A DNA stretch of 36,244 bases, taken from positions 1 through 36,244 of the forward strand of contig DAOULG010000141.1 in NCBI GenBank assembly GCA_034420495.1. Reading direction: 5' to 3'. Of this stretch, positions 1 to 7,432 are shown piece by piece; the first letter of the stretch is position 1; each line of letters starts with the position of its first letter. The notes below the pieces were generated by a model. The model was not told the origin of the DNA, made no database searches, and saw only the letters and a list, made by a program, of their open reading frames with translations. This DNA comes from Dehalococcoidia bacterium (GTDB lineage Bacteria; Chloroflexota; Dehalococcoidia; UBA2979). Position numbers and translations under genes: made by a program.

Positions 1-1243
1 TGCCGGCACCGTCGGGATCGCGGAGGTCGAGGGGGCCGCCCGCCGCATCGTCGGCATGGTGCGGCGGACGCCGCTCTGGCCCTCGCCCCGGCTCACCGCG
101 CGTCTCGGCGTTCCGGTCTCGCTGAAGTGCGAGAGCCTGCAGCGCACCGGCTCCTTCAAGATGCGCGGCGCCTCGAACATGCTCGCCACCGCCACCCCGC
201 GCCCGCCGGGCGTGGTCGCCGCCTCGGCCGGGAACCACGCGCAGGGAGTGGCGCTCGCCGCGCGCGAGGTCGGCCTGCCGGCGACCGTCGTGATGCCGCG
301 CCAGGCTCCGCTGGCGAAGCGGCGGGCCACGCGCGAGTACGGCGCCGAGATCGAGCTCCTGGACGGGCCGCTCGCGGCGTGCCAGGAGCGCGCGCGCTCG
401 CTCGCGGCCGAGCGGGGGCTGCTCTACGTCCCGCCCTACGATCATCCCGCCATCGTGGCGGGGCAGGGGACGCTGGGTCTCGAGGTCGCGGAGGAGGTGC
501 CCGACCTCCAGACGATTCTGGTCCCGGCGGGCGGGGGCGGGCTGCTCGCGGGCGTGGCCGTGGCGGTGAAGGCGCGCTGCCCCGGGGCCCGCGTCGTCGG
601 CGTCCAGACGCAGGCGATGCCGGGGATCCTCGACTCGCTCGAGGCCGGAGAGCCGCGGCAGCTGCCGGCGCGGCACACGATCGCGGACGGCGCCGCCGTC
701 GCCGGCCCCTCCGGGCTCACGCTCGAGCTGATCCGCCGCCACGTCGACGACGTCGTCGCCGTCAGCGAGGAGGAGGTGGCGAGCGCCCTCCTCTTCCTGC
801 TGGAGCGCTCGCACCTCGTGGCGGAGGGCGCCGGGGCGCTGGGAGTGGCGGCGCTGCTCACCGGCCGCGTCGAGCCCGGCGGACCCGCGGTGGCGGTCGT
901 CTCCGGGGGCAACATCGACGTCAATCGCCTCGGCTGGCTCCTCGCTCGCGGGCTCGCCGTGGCCGGGCGGCAGCGCACGCTCACCGTGGCCTCGGCGCAC
1001 GTCCCGGGCGAGCTCGCGCGCATCACCGGCGCGATCGCCGACGCGGGGGTCAACATCGTCGAGATCGGCCACGACCTGCGGTCGCCCGATCTCCCCGTGG
1101 GGGTCGCGCGCGTCCGCCTGCGGCTCGACGTCGACGGGGCGGCCGCCTTCGACGCGCTCGTCGACTCGCTGCTCGACGCCGGGTTCCGCCGGGGCGCCGC
1201 GACCGACCTGGAGACGCCGGCCGCGGCCGAGAATCCCCACTAG
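1..1243 (+). CDS. ilvA: Threonine ammonia-lyase (threonine dehydratase), PLP-dependent, with one C-terminal ACT-like regulatory domain; the 5' end lies outside the window
   Basis: The frame is open from nt 2. TVGIAEVEGAARRIVG precedes the tracked Met at 56 and resembles the usual N-terminus of this family, so the gene starts upstream. Motifs: PLP-lysine LQRTGSFKMRGA, GNHAQGVA, glycine loop VPAGGGGLLAG. The C-terminal ~80 aa are ACT-like (GELARITGAIADAGVNIVEIGH). Stop TAG at 1241-1243. Confidence 0.9.
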   Translation, partial: AGTVGIAEVEGAARRIVGMVRRTPLWPSPRLTARLGVPVSLKCESLQRTGSFKMRGASNMLATATPRPPGVVAASAGNHAQGVALAAREVGLPATVVMPRQAPLAKRRATREYGAEIELLDGPLAACQERARSLAAERGLLYVPPYDHPAIVAGQGTLGLEVAEEVPDLQTILVPAGGGGLLAGVAVAVKARCPGARVVGVQTQAMPGILDSLEAGEPRQLPARHTIADGAAVAGPSGLTLELIRRHVDDVVAVSEEEVASALLFLLERSHLVAEGAGALGVAALLTGRVEPGGPAVAVVSGGNIDVNRLGWLLARGLAVAGRQRTLTVASAHVPGELARITGAIADAGVNIVEIGHDLRSPDLPVGVARVRLRLDVDGAAAFDALVDSLLDAGFRRGAATDLETPAAAENPH

Positions 1244-1300
1244 CCCGCCGCCCGCCGCGCGCGGCGGGGAGGCGCCCCCGCCCGCCGGACCCGGCGACGG

Positions 1301-2185
1301 CTACCTCCCCCGCGCGAGCTCGGTCGACCGGGCGCCCTCGGGCCAGCCGAGGTACTCGGCGAGCGCCCGCCCGAGAATCCAGGCGCGATCCTCCTCGCCC
1401 AGGAAGGCGGCGTGTACCCGGATCACGTCCAGCTGCTCCTCGTAGCGCTCGTAGCCGATGCGCAGCGCCTGCGTGTAGTCGGTGCCCCAGAAGAGGCGCT
1501 CTCGCCCGTACGCCTCGAAGACCCGCCGCACGAGCTCGACGCCGTCGGGGGAGCGGTCGAAGGGGGGCTTCGCCGAGACCTTCACCGCCACCCGGGGGTG
1601 GCGCGCGAGCGCGAGCATCGCGGTGATCTCCGGGTGGTCCAGGCTCGCCACGGCGTCGCCCCCGGCGCCGGCGAGCGCCTCCGCGACCGGCAGCCCCATG
1701 TGATCGATGATCAGGCGCAGGCCGGGGTGGCGCTGCGCGATGCGCTCCACGTAGTCCTTCGCCCCGGTGCTGAAGACGGCGACCGGGACGTCGTGGCGCT
1801 CGCACGCGGCCCAGAACGGATCGGCCGCCCCGTCGGATCCCCAGAAGGCGCGCAGGCGCGCGTGCACGTGCGTGCGGATCCCGATCATCCCGGGCTGCGC
1901 GAGCCACCTCCCGACCCGGTCGGGCGCATCGGGCGCGGCGGGGTTGATGAGCCCCATCACGGCGAGCCGGGTGGGGTGCCGGGCGGCGCACTCGAGGCCG
2001 TACTCGTTGTTCGTCCCCATGAAGCCGGGCGGCACGATCACGGCGCGCCCGACGCCGGCGCGATCGAGGACCGGGAGGAAGCGCTCGGGGCCGTAGGGCT
2101 CGGGGAGGTTGGGCTCGCTGATCGCCGTCCAGGGGCGATCGGGCCGGCTCTCCTCCCAGAGGTGGATCTGCGAGTCGGTGATCAC
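1301..2185 (-). CDS. Amidohydrolase-2 family protein (PF04909-like TIM-barrel hydrolase/lactonase/decarboxylase), 294 aa
   Basis: Only the C-terminal 294 codons of tracked ORF 1301-2938 look protein-like. The upstream part is Arg/Gly-rich and overlaps the real gene 2182-2949 in another frame. GTG at 2185 gives VITDSQIHLWEE, the N-terminal D-x-x-x-H-x-W strand of the family. Later motifs: LIIDHMG and LFWGTDY. The start overlaps the upstream stop as GTGA (2182-2185). Confidence 0.8.
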   Translation of the reverse strand: MITDSQIHLWEESRPDRPWTAISEPNLPEPYGPERFLPVLDRAGVGRAVIVPPGFMGTNNEYGLECAARHPTRLAVMGLINPAAPDAPDRVGRWLAQPGMIGIRTHVHARLRAFWGSDGAADPFWAACERHDVPVAVFSTGAKDYVERIAQRHPGLRLIIDHMGLPVAEALAGAGGDAVASLDHPEITAMLALARHPRVAVKVSAKPPFDRSPDGVELVRRVFEAYGRERLFWGTDYTQALRIGYERYEEQLDVIRVHAAFLGEEDRAWILGRALAEYLGWPEGARSTELARGR

Positions 2186-2949
2186 GGCGCCGGCGGGCCG
2201 GGGGGTCGCACGTCGGCGCGGTAGCGCTCCACGGCGGCGTAGGTGCCCTCGGGGAGCGCGCGCAGGTACGCCACGATCTCCTCGAGCGGGAGCACGTCCC
2301 CGTACTTGTTGTGGATGTCGAAGAGATTGACGCGGTGGGTCACCTCGCCCCGGTCGAAGGTGCACTCCTCCGCGACCTGGACGTGGTAGTTGAGGTTGAA
2401 GGCCTCGATCACGGTCGCGCGCACGCAGCCCGAGGTCGCGGTGCCGCAGATGATGAGGTCGTCGATGCCGAGCAGCGTGAGGTAGCTCGCGAGCGGCGTC
2501 CCGTAGAAGGCCGCGGGCTTCGTCTTCTCTATCACGATCTCGCCGGGCTCGGGCGCGATCTCCTCGACGATCCGCATCCCGATGCGACGCGAGATCTCCG
2601 ACTTGGCGCGGGTCTCGCCGCGGGGGTTCTTCCAGAGCCATCCGCCGCGCTGCAGGAGCGTCGCCTCGCTCGGGCCCGTGGTGTAGAAGACCGGGACGCC
2701 GCGCGCCCGCGCCTCGGCGAGCAGGATCCGGATCTGCTCGATCGCATCCCACGCCGCCTCGCCGCAGGAGTTGTGGAAGCGCCGCTGCGACTCGAGGATC
2801 GGCTCGCGCCGGTCCCCGGTGAAGTCGTAGCTCACGTCGACGACCAGCACCGCCGGCCGCGCCCCGAACTCGCCCCGCCGCCCGTAGCCCGCGGCGGCCC
2901 AGATCTCGCGCTCCGACTCCGGGATCACCTCGTCCCATATGCGCGGCAT
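2182..2949 (-). CDS. Isochorismatase-family cysteine hydrolase (N-carbamoylsarcosine amidase / RutB / maleamate amidase-like), 255 aa
   Basis: ATG at 2949 (MPRIWDEV) is preceded by GGGAGG with a 9-nt spacer. The Asp-Lys-Cys triad context is present: AVLVVDVSYDF, IEKTKPAAFYGT, LIICGTATSGCVRATV. The 21 tracked codons upstream of this Met are Arg/Gly junk. Confidence 0.85.
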   Translation of the reverse strand: MPRIWDEVIPESEREIWAAAGYGRRGEFGARPAVLVVDVSYDFTGDRREPILESQRRFHNSCGEAAWDAIEQIRILLAEARARGVPVFYTTGPSEATLLQRGGWLWKNPRGETRAKSEISRRIGMRIVEEIAPEPGEIVIEKTKPAAFYGTPLASYLTLLGIDDLIICGTATSGCVRATVIEAFNLNYHVQVAEECTFDRGEVTHRVNLFDIHNKYGDVLPLEEIVAYLRALPEGTYAAVERYRADVRPPGPPAP

Positions 2950-2992
2950 CGTCCGTCGCCTCCCGCCCCCCTGACCCTGCCCGGTGAGGCGG

Positions 2993-4372
2993 CTACGCCG
3001 CCGTCCCCGCACCGCGCCGCAGGTACCGGCCGTCGCCGGCCCTCCCGGCGATCTCGCCCTCCTCCATCACCACCCGCCCGGCGAGCACGGTCGCAACCGG
3101 CCAGCCGCGGAAGCGCTCGCCCTCGAAGAGCGAGTAGTCGACGCCGAGGCGCTCCGCGCGGAAGTCGACCTCGCGCGCGAGATCGACGACGACCAGGTCG
3201 GCGTCGGCCCCCGGCGCGATGCGGCCCTTCCCCGGGAGGCCGAAGATCCGCGCGGCGTTGGCGCTCGTCACCGCGGCCACCTGCGGCAGCGTGAGGCGTC
3301 CCCCGTTGACGCCGCGCGCGAGGAGGAGGGGGAGGATCGTCGCCGAGCCGGGGACGCCGCCCCGCGCCTCCCAGATGTCGTCGAAGCCGCCGGCGCTCTT
3401 CTGCTCCCAGCGTATCGGGATGTGATCGGATCCCATGCAGCTCACGCCGCCGTCGCCGAGCGCCCGCCAGAGCGCCTCGTTGTCGGCGCGCCACTTGACG
3501 GCCGGGTTGTACTTCGCGAGCGCCGCCTTCTCGTGCTCGGCGTGCACCTCGAGGTAGTGGGGGCAGGTCTCGCCGTCGATGCGCACGCCGCGCGCGCGCG
3601 CCTCGCGGACGGCCCGGGGGCCCTCCGCCGTGCTCATGTGCACCACGTAGAGCGGGCAGCCCTGGAGTCCGGCGTAGTAGGCGGCGCGGCGTATGCACTC
3701 CTCCTCCAGGGGGTTCGGGCGCGACTCGCTCCAGGCGGCCGGGTCGCGGCGGCCCTCGGCGCGCAGGCGCTCCGCGAGGACGGCCGCGATCTCCCAGTTC
3801 TCGGCGTGGACCATCGCGACGGCCGGATCGCCGAGCGCCGCGATCTGGCCCAGCGCCTCGTAGAGCACGCCGTCGTCGACGGCGACGGTGCCGGGGTAGA
3901 GCTCCCGGCCGCCGGCGGCGAAGTACATCTTGTAGGAGGTCGCGCCGTGCTCGCGGGCGAGCTCGGGGAGCTCGCGGACGTGATCCATCGACTCGATGAT
4001 GGGCGAGAGGGCGACGTCGCAGTAGGCGGCGCCCCCGACGGCCGCCGCCTGCCGCGCGAGGAGCGGCCCGTAGGGCTCGTCGGGCGAGGCGGTGAAGACC
4101 ATCGCCGTGGTGACGCCTCCGCGGATGAGCGACGCGGTCTCGCGCTCGCAGATCGCGGCGAAGTCCTCGCCGGAGGGCATGTGGACGTGCGGGTCGATCA
4201 CGCCGGGGAGCACGTGGCGCCCGGTGGCGTCGAGCGTGTGGTCGGCCTCGAGGGCGGTGCCCGGCTCCGCCAGCGCGGCGATCCGTCCCCCGGAGACGGC
4301 GATCTCGCCGCGCCACTCCCCGCGGGCCGTCACGACGGTCCCCCCGACGATCGCCAGCTCGTACTCGGCCAC
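2993..4372 (-). CDS. Cyclic amidohydrolase of the dihydropyrimidinase / D-hydantoinase / imidase family, 459 aa
   Basis: GTG start at 4372 (AEYELAIVGGTVV). The full binuclear-metal signature is present: GVIDPHVHM (HxH), TSYKMYF (carboxylated Lys), MVHAENW, YVVHMST, CMGSDHIP; also GETCPHYL. It starts 19 nt downstream of the crotonase stop. Confidence 0.9.
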   Translation of the reverse strand: MAEYELAIVGGTVVTARGEWRGEIAVSGGRIAALAEPGTALEADHTLDATGRHVLPGVIDPHVHMPSGEDFAAICERETASLIRGGVTTAMVFTASPDEPYGPLLARQAAAVGGAAYCDVALSPIIESMDHVRELPELAREHGATSYKMYFAAGGRELYPGTVAVDDGVLYEALGQIAALGDPAVAMVHAENWEIAAVLAERLRAEGRRDPAAWSESRPNPLEEECIRRAAYYAGLQGCPLYVVHMSTAEGPRAVREARARGVRIDGETCPHYLEVHAEHEKAALAKYNPAVKWRADNEALWRALGDGGVSCMGSDHIPIRWEQKSAGGFDDIWEARGGVPGSATILPLLLARGVNGGRLTLPQVAAVTSANAARIFGLPGKGRIAPGADADLVVVDLAREVDFRAERLGVDYSLFEGERFRGWPVATVLAGRVVMEEGEIAGRAGDGRYLRRGAGTAA

Positions 4373-4391
4373 GGCGCCCCCCGGTCCGGCG

Positions 4392-5168
4392 CTAGTCGCC
4401 GGTGAAGCTCGCGTCGCGCCCCTCGGCGAAGGAGGTGACGGCCTCGCGGTAGTCCCTCGAGGCGAGCACGCTCTTCGCGGCGTGGTGGAGGTACTCGCGC
4501 GCCTCCGTGTACCGGAGTGCGTGCAGCGCGACGTCCTTGTAGACCTCGACCGCCCGCGGCGGGTTCCGGAGGATCTTCCCCGCGATCTCGAGCGCGGTCG
4601 GCAGGAGCTCGTCGGGCTCCACCAGGTGGGAGACGAAGCCCCACCTGTGCGCGAGCTCCGCCGGGATCATCTCGCCGGTCAGCCCGAGGTAGCTCGCCAC
4701 CGCCGGCGGGTAGGCCTTGACGAGCAGGTCGATGCGACCCACCTGCCCCGCCCGGATCTCGAGATCGCCGAAGCGCGCGGCGGTCGAGGCGATGCGGATG
4801 TCGCAGTCGAGCGCGATGCCGTGGCCGCCGCCGACGCAGATCCCGTTCACCGCGGCGATGATGGGCTTGGGGATCTCGTGCGGCCCGGGGAGGCCGAACC
4901 GCCTCGGATCGCGACGCTCCGCCCGGGGCGGCTGCCTCCCCTGGCGCGCGTACATCGCGCGCTCCTTCAGATCGGCGCCGGCGCAGAACGCCCGCCCCGC
5001 GCCGGTGATGATGGCGACGCGGAGCGAGTCGTCCTCCTTGAACGCCTCCCAGGCGTCGCCCAGGTCGTGGTGGAGCTGCTCGTTCAGCGCGTTGAGGGCC
5101 TCCGGGCGGTTCATCGTGATGATCACGATCTCGCCCTGCGGCTCGTAGAGGATCGTCTCGCGTTCCAT
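4392..5168 (-). CDS. Enoyl-CoA hydratase/isomerase (crotonase) family protein, 258 aa
   Basis: ATG at 5168 (MERETILYEPQGEIVIITMNRPEALNALN). Oxyanion-hole motif IITGAGRAFCAGADLKE, plus IAAVNGICVGGGHGIALDCDIRIAS. The 63 tracked codons upstream are not protein-like. Confidence 0.9.
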   Translation of the reverse strand: MERETILYEPQGEIVIITMNRPEALNALNEQLHHDLGDAWEAFKEDDSLRVAIITGAGRAFCAGADLKERAMYARQGRQPPRAERRDPRRFGLPGPHEIPKPIIAAVNGICVGGGHGIALDCDIRIASTAARFGDLEIRAGQVGRIDLLVKAYPPAVASYLGLTGEMIPAELAHRWGFVSHLVEPDELLPTALEIAGKILRNPPRAVEVYKDVALHALRYTEAREYLHHAAKSVLASRDYREAVTSFAEGRDASFTGD

Positions 5169-5337
5169 CGCCCTGCATCTCCCGCGCGCATCTCCCGGGG
5201 TGTCGCCGCCGAGCATACCGTCAGGGGGGGCCGCGGGGCGGCGCGGGGGCCGCTCCCCCGCGCCGGAGGCGATCGCATCGCCGGCGGCGAATCGCCTATG
5301 CTCGCACCGCCGCGGGAGGCCCGGTGCGGAGGCTCCG

Positions 5338-6282
5338 ATGATCGTCGACATGCACATCCACGTCTGGGACGAGGGCTACCAGCCCGAGGGCTACAAGCAG
5401 GGGATGGCGCTGGGCGCGGCGACGCGCCGCTGGCCGCCCCGCGATCCGGCGACGATCCGGCCGCGCGTGATGTCGGGCGCCTCGGACCCCGAGGGGGAGC
5501 TCCTGATCCCCGAGCTCGACCGCGCGGGCGTCGACGCGGCGGTCGCGATGGTGGTCGACATGGGGCCCGCCTTCGGCGAGGAGCAGGACGTCCCCATCGA
5601 CGAGGTGCTGGCGCAGCACGTGCGGCTGATGGAGCGCTACCCGGGTCGCTTCTACGCCTACTTCGGGCGCGACCCGCGCCGCCCCGACACGCCGGAGCGC
5701 TTCCGGGACGCCGTCGCGAACCAGGGGTTCCGCGGCATCAAGATCTACCCGCCCTGCGGCTACCGTCCCGACGACGAGGCCTGCTGGCCCCTCTACGAGA
5801 CCTGCATCGAGTTCGGGGTGCCGGCCCTCTTCCACACCGGGACGGCCTCGCCGCCGCTCGACCCCGGGCTCGTCCACCCGGGCCTGCTCTCGGCGGTCTC
5901 CCGGCGCTACCCGGACCTGACCGTGATCTACGGCCACGTCGGCCGCCCGCACTGGTGGCGGGACATCCTGCACATCGCCGGGAGCAATCCGAACGCCTAC
6001 CTCGAGCTCTCGCAGTGGCACCGCGAGGCGAGCGACGACCCGGCCGGCTTCGCGCGCATCCTCGGCGAGATGCGCGACTCCGTCGGCGCTCACCGCATCC
6101 TGATGGGAAGCGACTACTCCGCCGGCCCGCGCACCACCGGGGAGCGCAGCTGGTACCCGGGCTGGATCGACTACCTGCGGAGGCTCCCCGAGCGGGGCGC
6201 GGACTACGGCGTCTCCTTCTCCGAGGAGGAGATGGGGCTGATCCTGGGCGGCAACGCGGAGCGGCTGCTCGGGACGGACTAG
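5338..6282 (+). CDS. Amidohydrolase-2 family protein (PF04909-like), 314 aa
   Basis: ATG at 5338 is preceded by GGAGG (5328-5332). The N-terminus MIVDMHIHVWDE carries the HxH metal motif. Later motifs: FRGIKIYP, LFHTG, IYGHVGRP, LMGSDY. Confidence 0.85.
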   Translation: MIVDMHIHVWDEGYQPEGYKQGMALGAATRRWPPRDPATIRPRVMSGASDPEGELLIPELDRAGVDAAVAMVVDMGPAFGEEQDVPIDEVLAQHVRLMERYPGRFYAYFGRDPRRPDTPERFRDAVANQGFRGIKIYPPCGYRPDDEACWPLYETCIEFGVPALFHTGTASPPLDPGLVHPGLLSAVSRRYPDLTVIYGHVGRPHWWRDILHIAGSNPNAYLELSQWHREASDDPAGFARILGEMRDSVGAHRILMGSDYSAGPRTTGERSWYPGWIDYLRRLPERGADYGVSFSEEEMGLILGGNAERLLGTD

Positions 6283-6312
6283 CCGGGATCGGCCGGCGGG
6301 GGGAGGCGAGCG

Positions 6313-7365
6313 ATGAGGATCGCGCTGCAGTACGCGCCGGGGCCGAGGGTCACGGAGCTCGGCCCGCTTTCCCGGGCGGCCGAGGAGGCCGGCCTCGACG
6401 GCCTCGGCCTCGCCTCGCCGTACGGCTTCTACAGCGGCGCGGGCCGGCTGATCGAATCGACGACGCGGATCCGCGTGGCGACGAGCGTGCTTCCGCTCTT
6501 CCACGGCACGCCGTTCATGCACGCCTCCTCGGCGATGATGCTGCAGGAGATGTCGGGCGGCCGCTTCATCCTCGGCGTCGGCTCGCAGACCAAGGGCCAG
6601 GTCCGCACGCAGGCCGGCTTCGATCCGCAGAAGCCGGCCCTGCGCGCCCGCGACATGGTGCGCGCCATCCGGGCGCTGCTCTCGGGCGATCGCGACTACG
6701 ACGGCGAGTACTACCGCGTCACCGGCGCCGGCTCGCTCGCCGCGGGCGGCGCCGGCGTCGCGCCCCCGCCCATCTACTTCTCGGGCGTCAACCCCCTCAA
6801 CCTGCGCATCACCGGCGAGGTGGGAGACGGGATGCTGGCGCACCCGATCTTCTCGCGCCGCTACTACGACGAGGTGGTGTGGCCGGCGGTCGACGAGGGG
6901 ATGCGCCGCGCCGGTCGCTCGCGCGCCGACTTCGAGATGTGCGCGATGCCGATGGTCTGGGTCGTGGACGGGACGACGAGCCGCGAGGAGGGTCTCCGGC
7001 GCGGGAAGCGCAACCTCGCGAACTACTACTCGACGCGCGCCTACGGGGGCTACATGGAGTTCCACGGGTGGGCCCGCGAGCGCGACGACATCCGGGCCGT
7101 CTGGCAGCGCGCGCGGGAGAGCGGGACGCCGATAGACGGACACGAGATGGAGGAGATCCTCTCGGACGAGATCGTGGAGGAGATCTGCCTGGTCGGCACG
7201 CCGGAAGAGGTGCGCGATCTCGCCCGCGAGCGCTACGACGGCGTCGCGGAGACGCTCTTCATGTACTCGGTGCACGACGGCTACAACCGCGCCGGGGACG
7301 AGGCGGAGAAGAACGAGCAGAACCTCTACCGCGTGATCGAGGCGTTCCGGGGCTTCGAGGGGTAG
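6313..7365 (+). CDS. LLM-class (luciferase-like) flavin- or F420-dependent oxidoreductase, 350 aa
   Basis: ATG at 6313 follows GGGGGGAGG. Luciferase-like TIM-barrel pattern: AEEAGLDGLGLASPY, IRVATSVLPLFHGTPFMHASSAMMLQEMSGGRFILGVGSQ. The cofactor (FMN or F420) cannot be decided by eye. Confidence 0.8.
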   Translation: MRIALQYAPGPRVTELGPLSRAAEEAGLDGLGLASPYGFYSGAGRLIESTTRIRVATSVLPLFHGTPFMHASSAMMLQEMSGGRFILGVGSQTKGQVRTQAGFDPQKPALRARDMVRAIRALLSGDRDYDGEYYRVTGAGSLAAGGAGVAPPPIYFSGVNPLNLRITGEVGDGMLAHPIFSRRYYDEVVWPAVDEGMRRAGRSRADFEMCAMPMVWVVDGTTSREEGLRRGKRNLANYYSTRAYGGYMEFHGWARERDDIRAVWQRARESGTPIDGHEMEEILSDEIVEEICLVGTPEEVRDLARERYDGVAETLFMYSVHDGYNRAGDEAEKNEQNLYRVIEAFRGFEG

Positions 7366-7403
7366 CCGGCCGCTCGCTGCGACCCCGGGGCCCCTCCGGC
7401 CGC

Positions 7404-7432
7404 GCGCCTCCGGCCGTCGCGACCGGAGGCGC
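7404..7432. terminator. GC-rich hairpin between convergent genes (LLM oxidoreductase and CoA-transferase); candidate bidirectional terminator
   Basis: Perfect 10-bp stem GCGCCTCCGG (7404-7413) / CCGGAGGCGC (7423-7432) with a 9-nt loop. There is no U/T tract, which is common in high-GC actinobacteria but weakens the call. Confidence 0.4.

Noticed and set aside
1251-1268. 18-nt perfect palindrome CCCGCCGCGCGCGGCGGG between the convergent ilvA and amidohydrolase genes
   Set aside because: It could be a bidirectional terminator. However, it is a pure G/C stretch of a kind expected by chance at this GC content, and the stem is only about 7 bp with no T tract. It is noted but not called as a feature.
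2186-2938. N-terminal 251 codons of tracked ORF 1301-2938, with similar upstream extensions of 9920-11716, 18144-19799, 19923-21881, 20324-25273, 4392-5357, 5200-6282 and 14598-16955
   Set aside because: The extensions are Arg/Gly-rich and overlap the neighbouring real gene in another frame. They end where a plausible start (ATG or GTG with an SD, or a start/stop overlap) begins the recognisable domain. Genes were trimmed to those internal starts.
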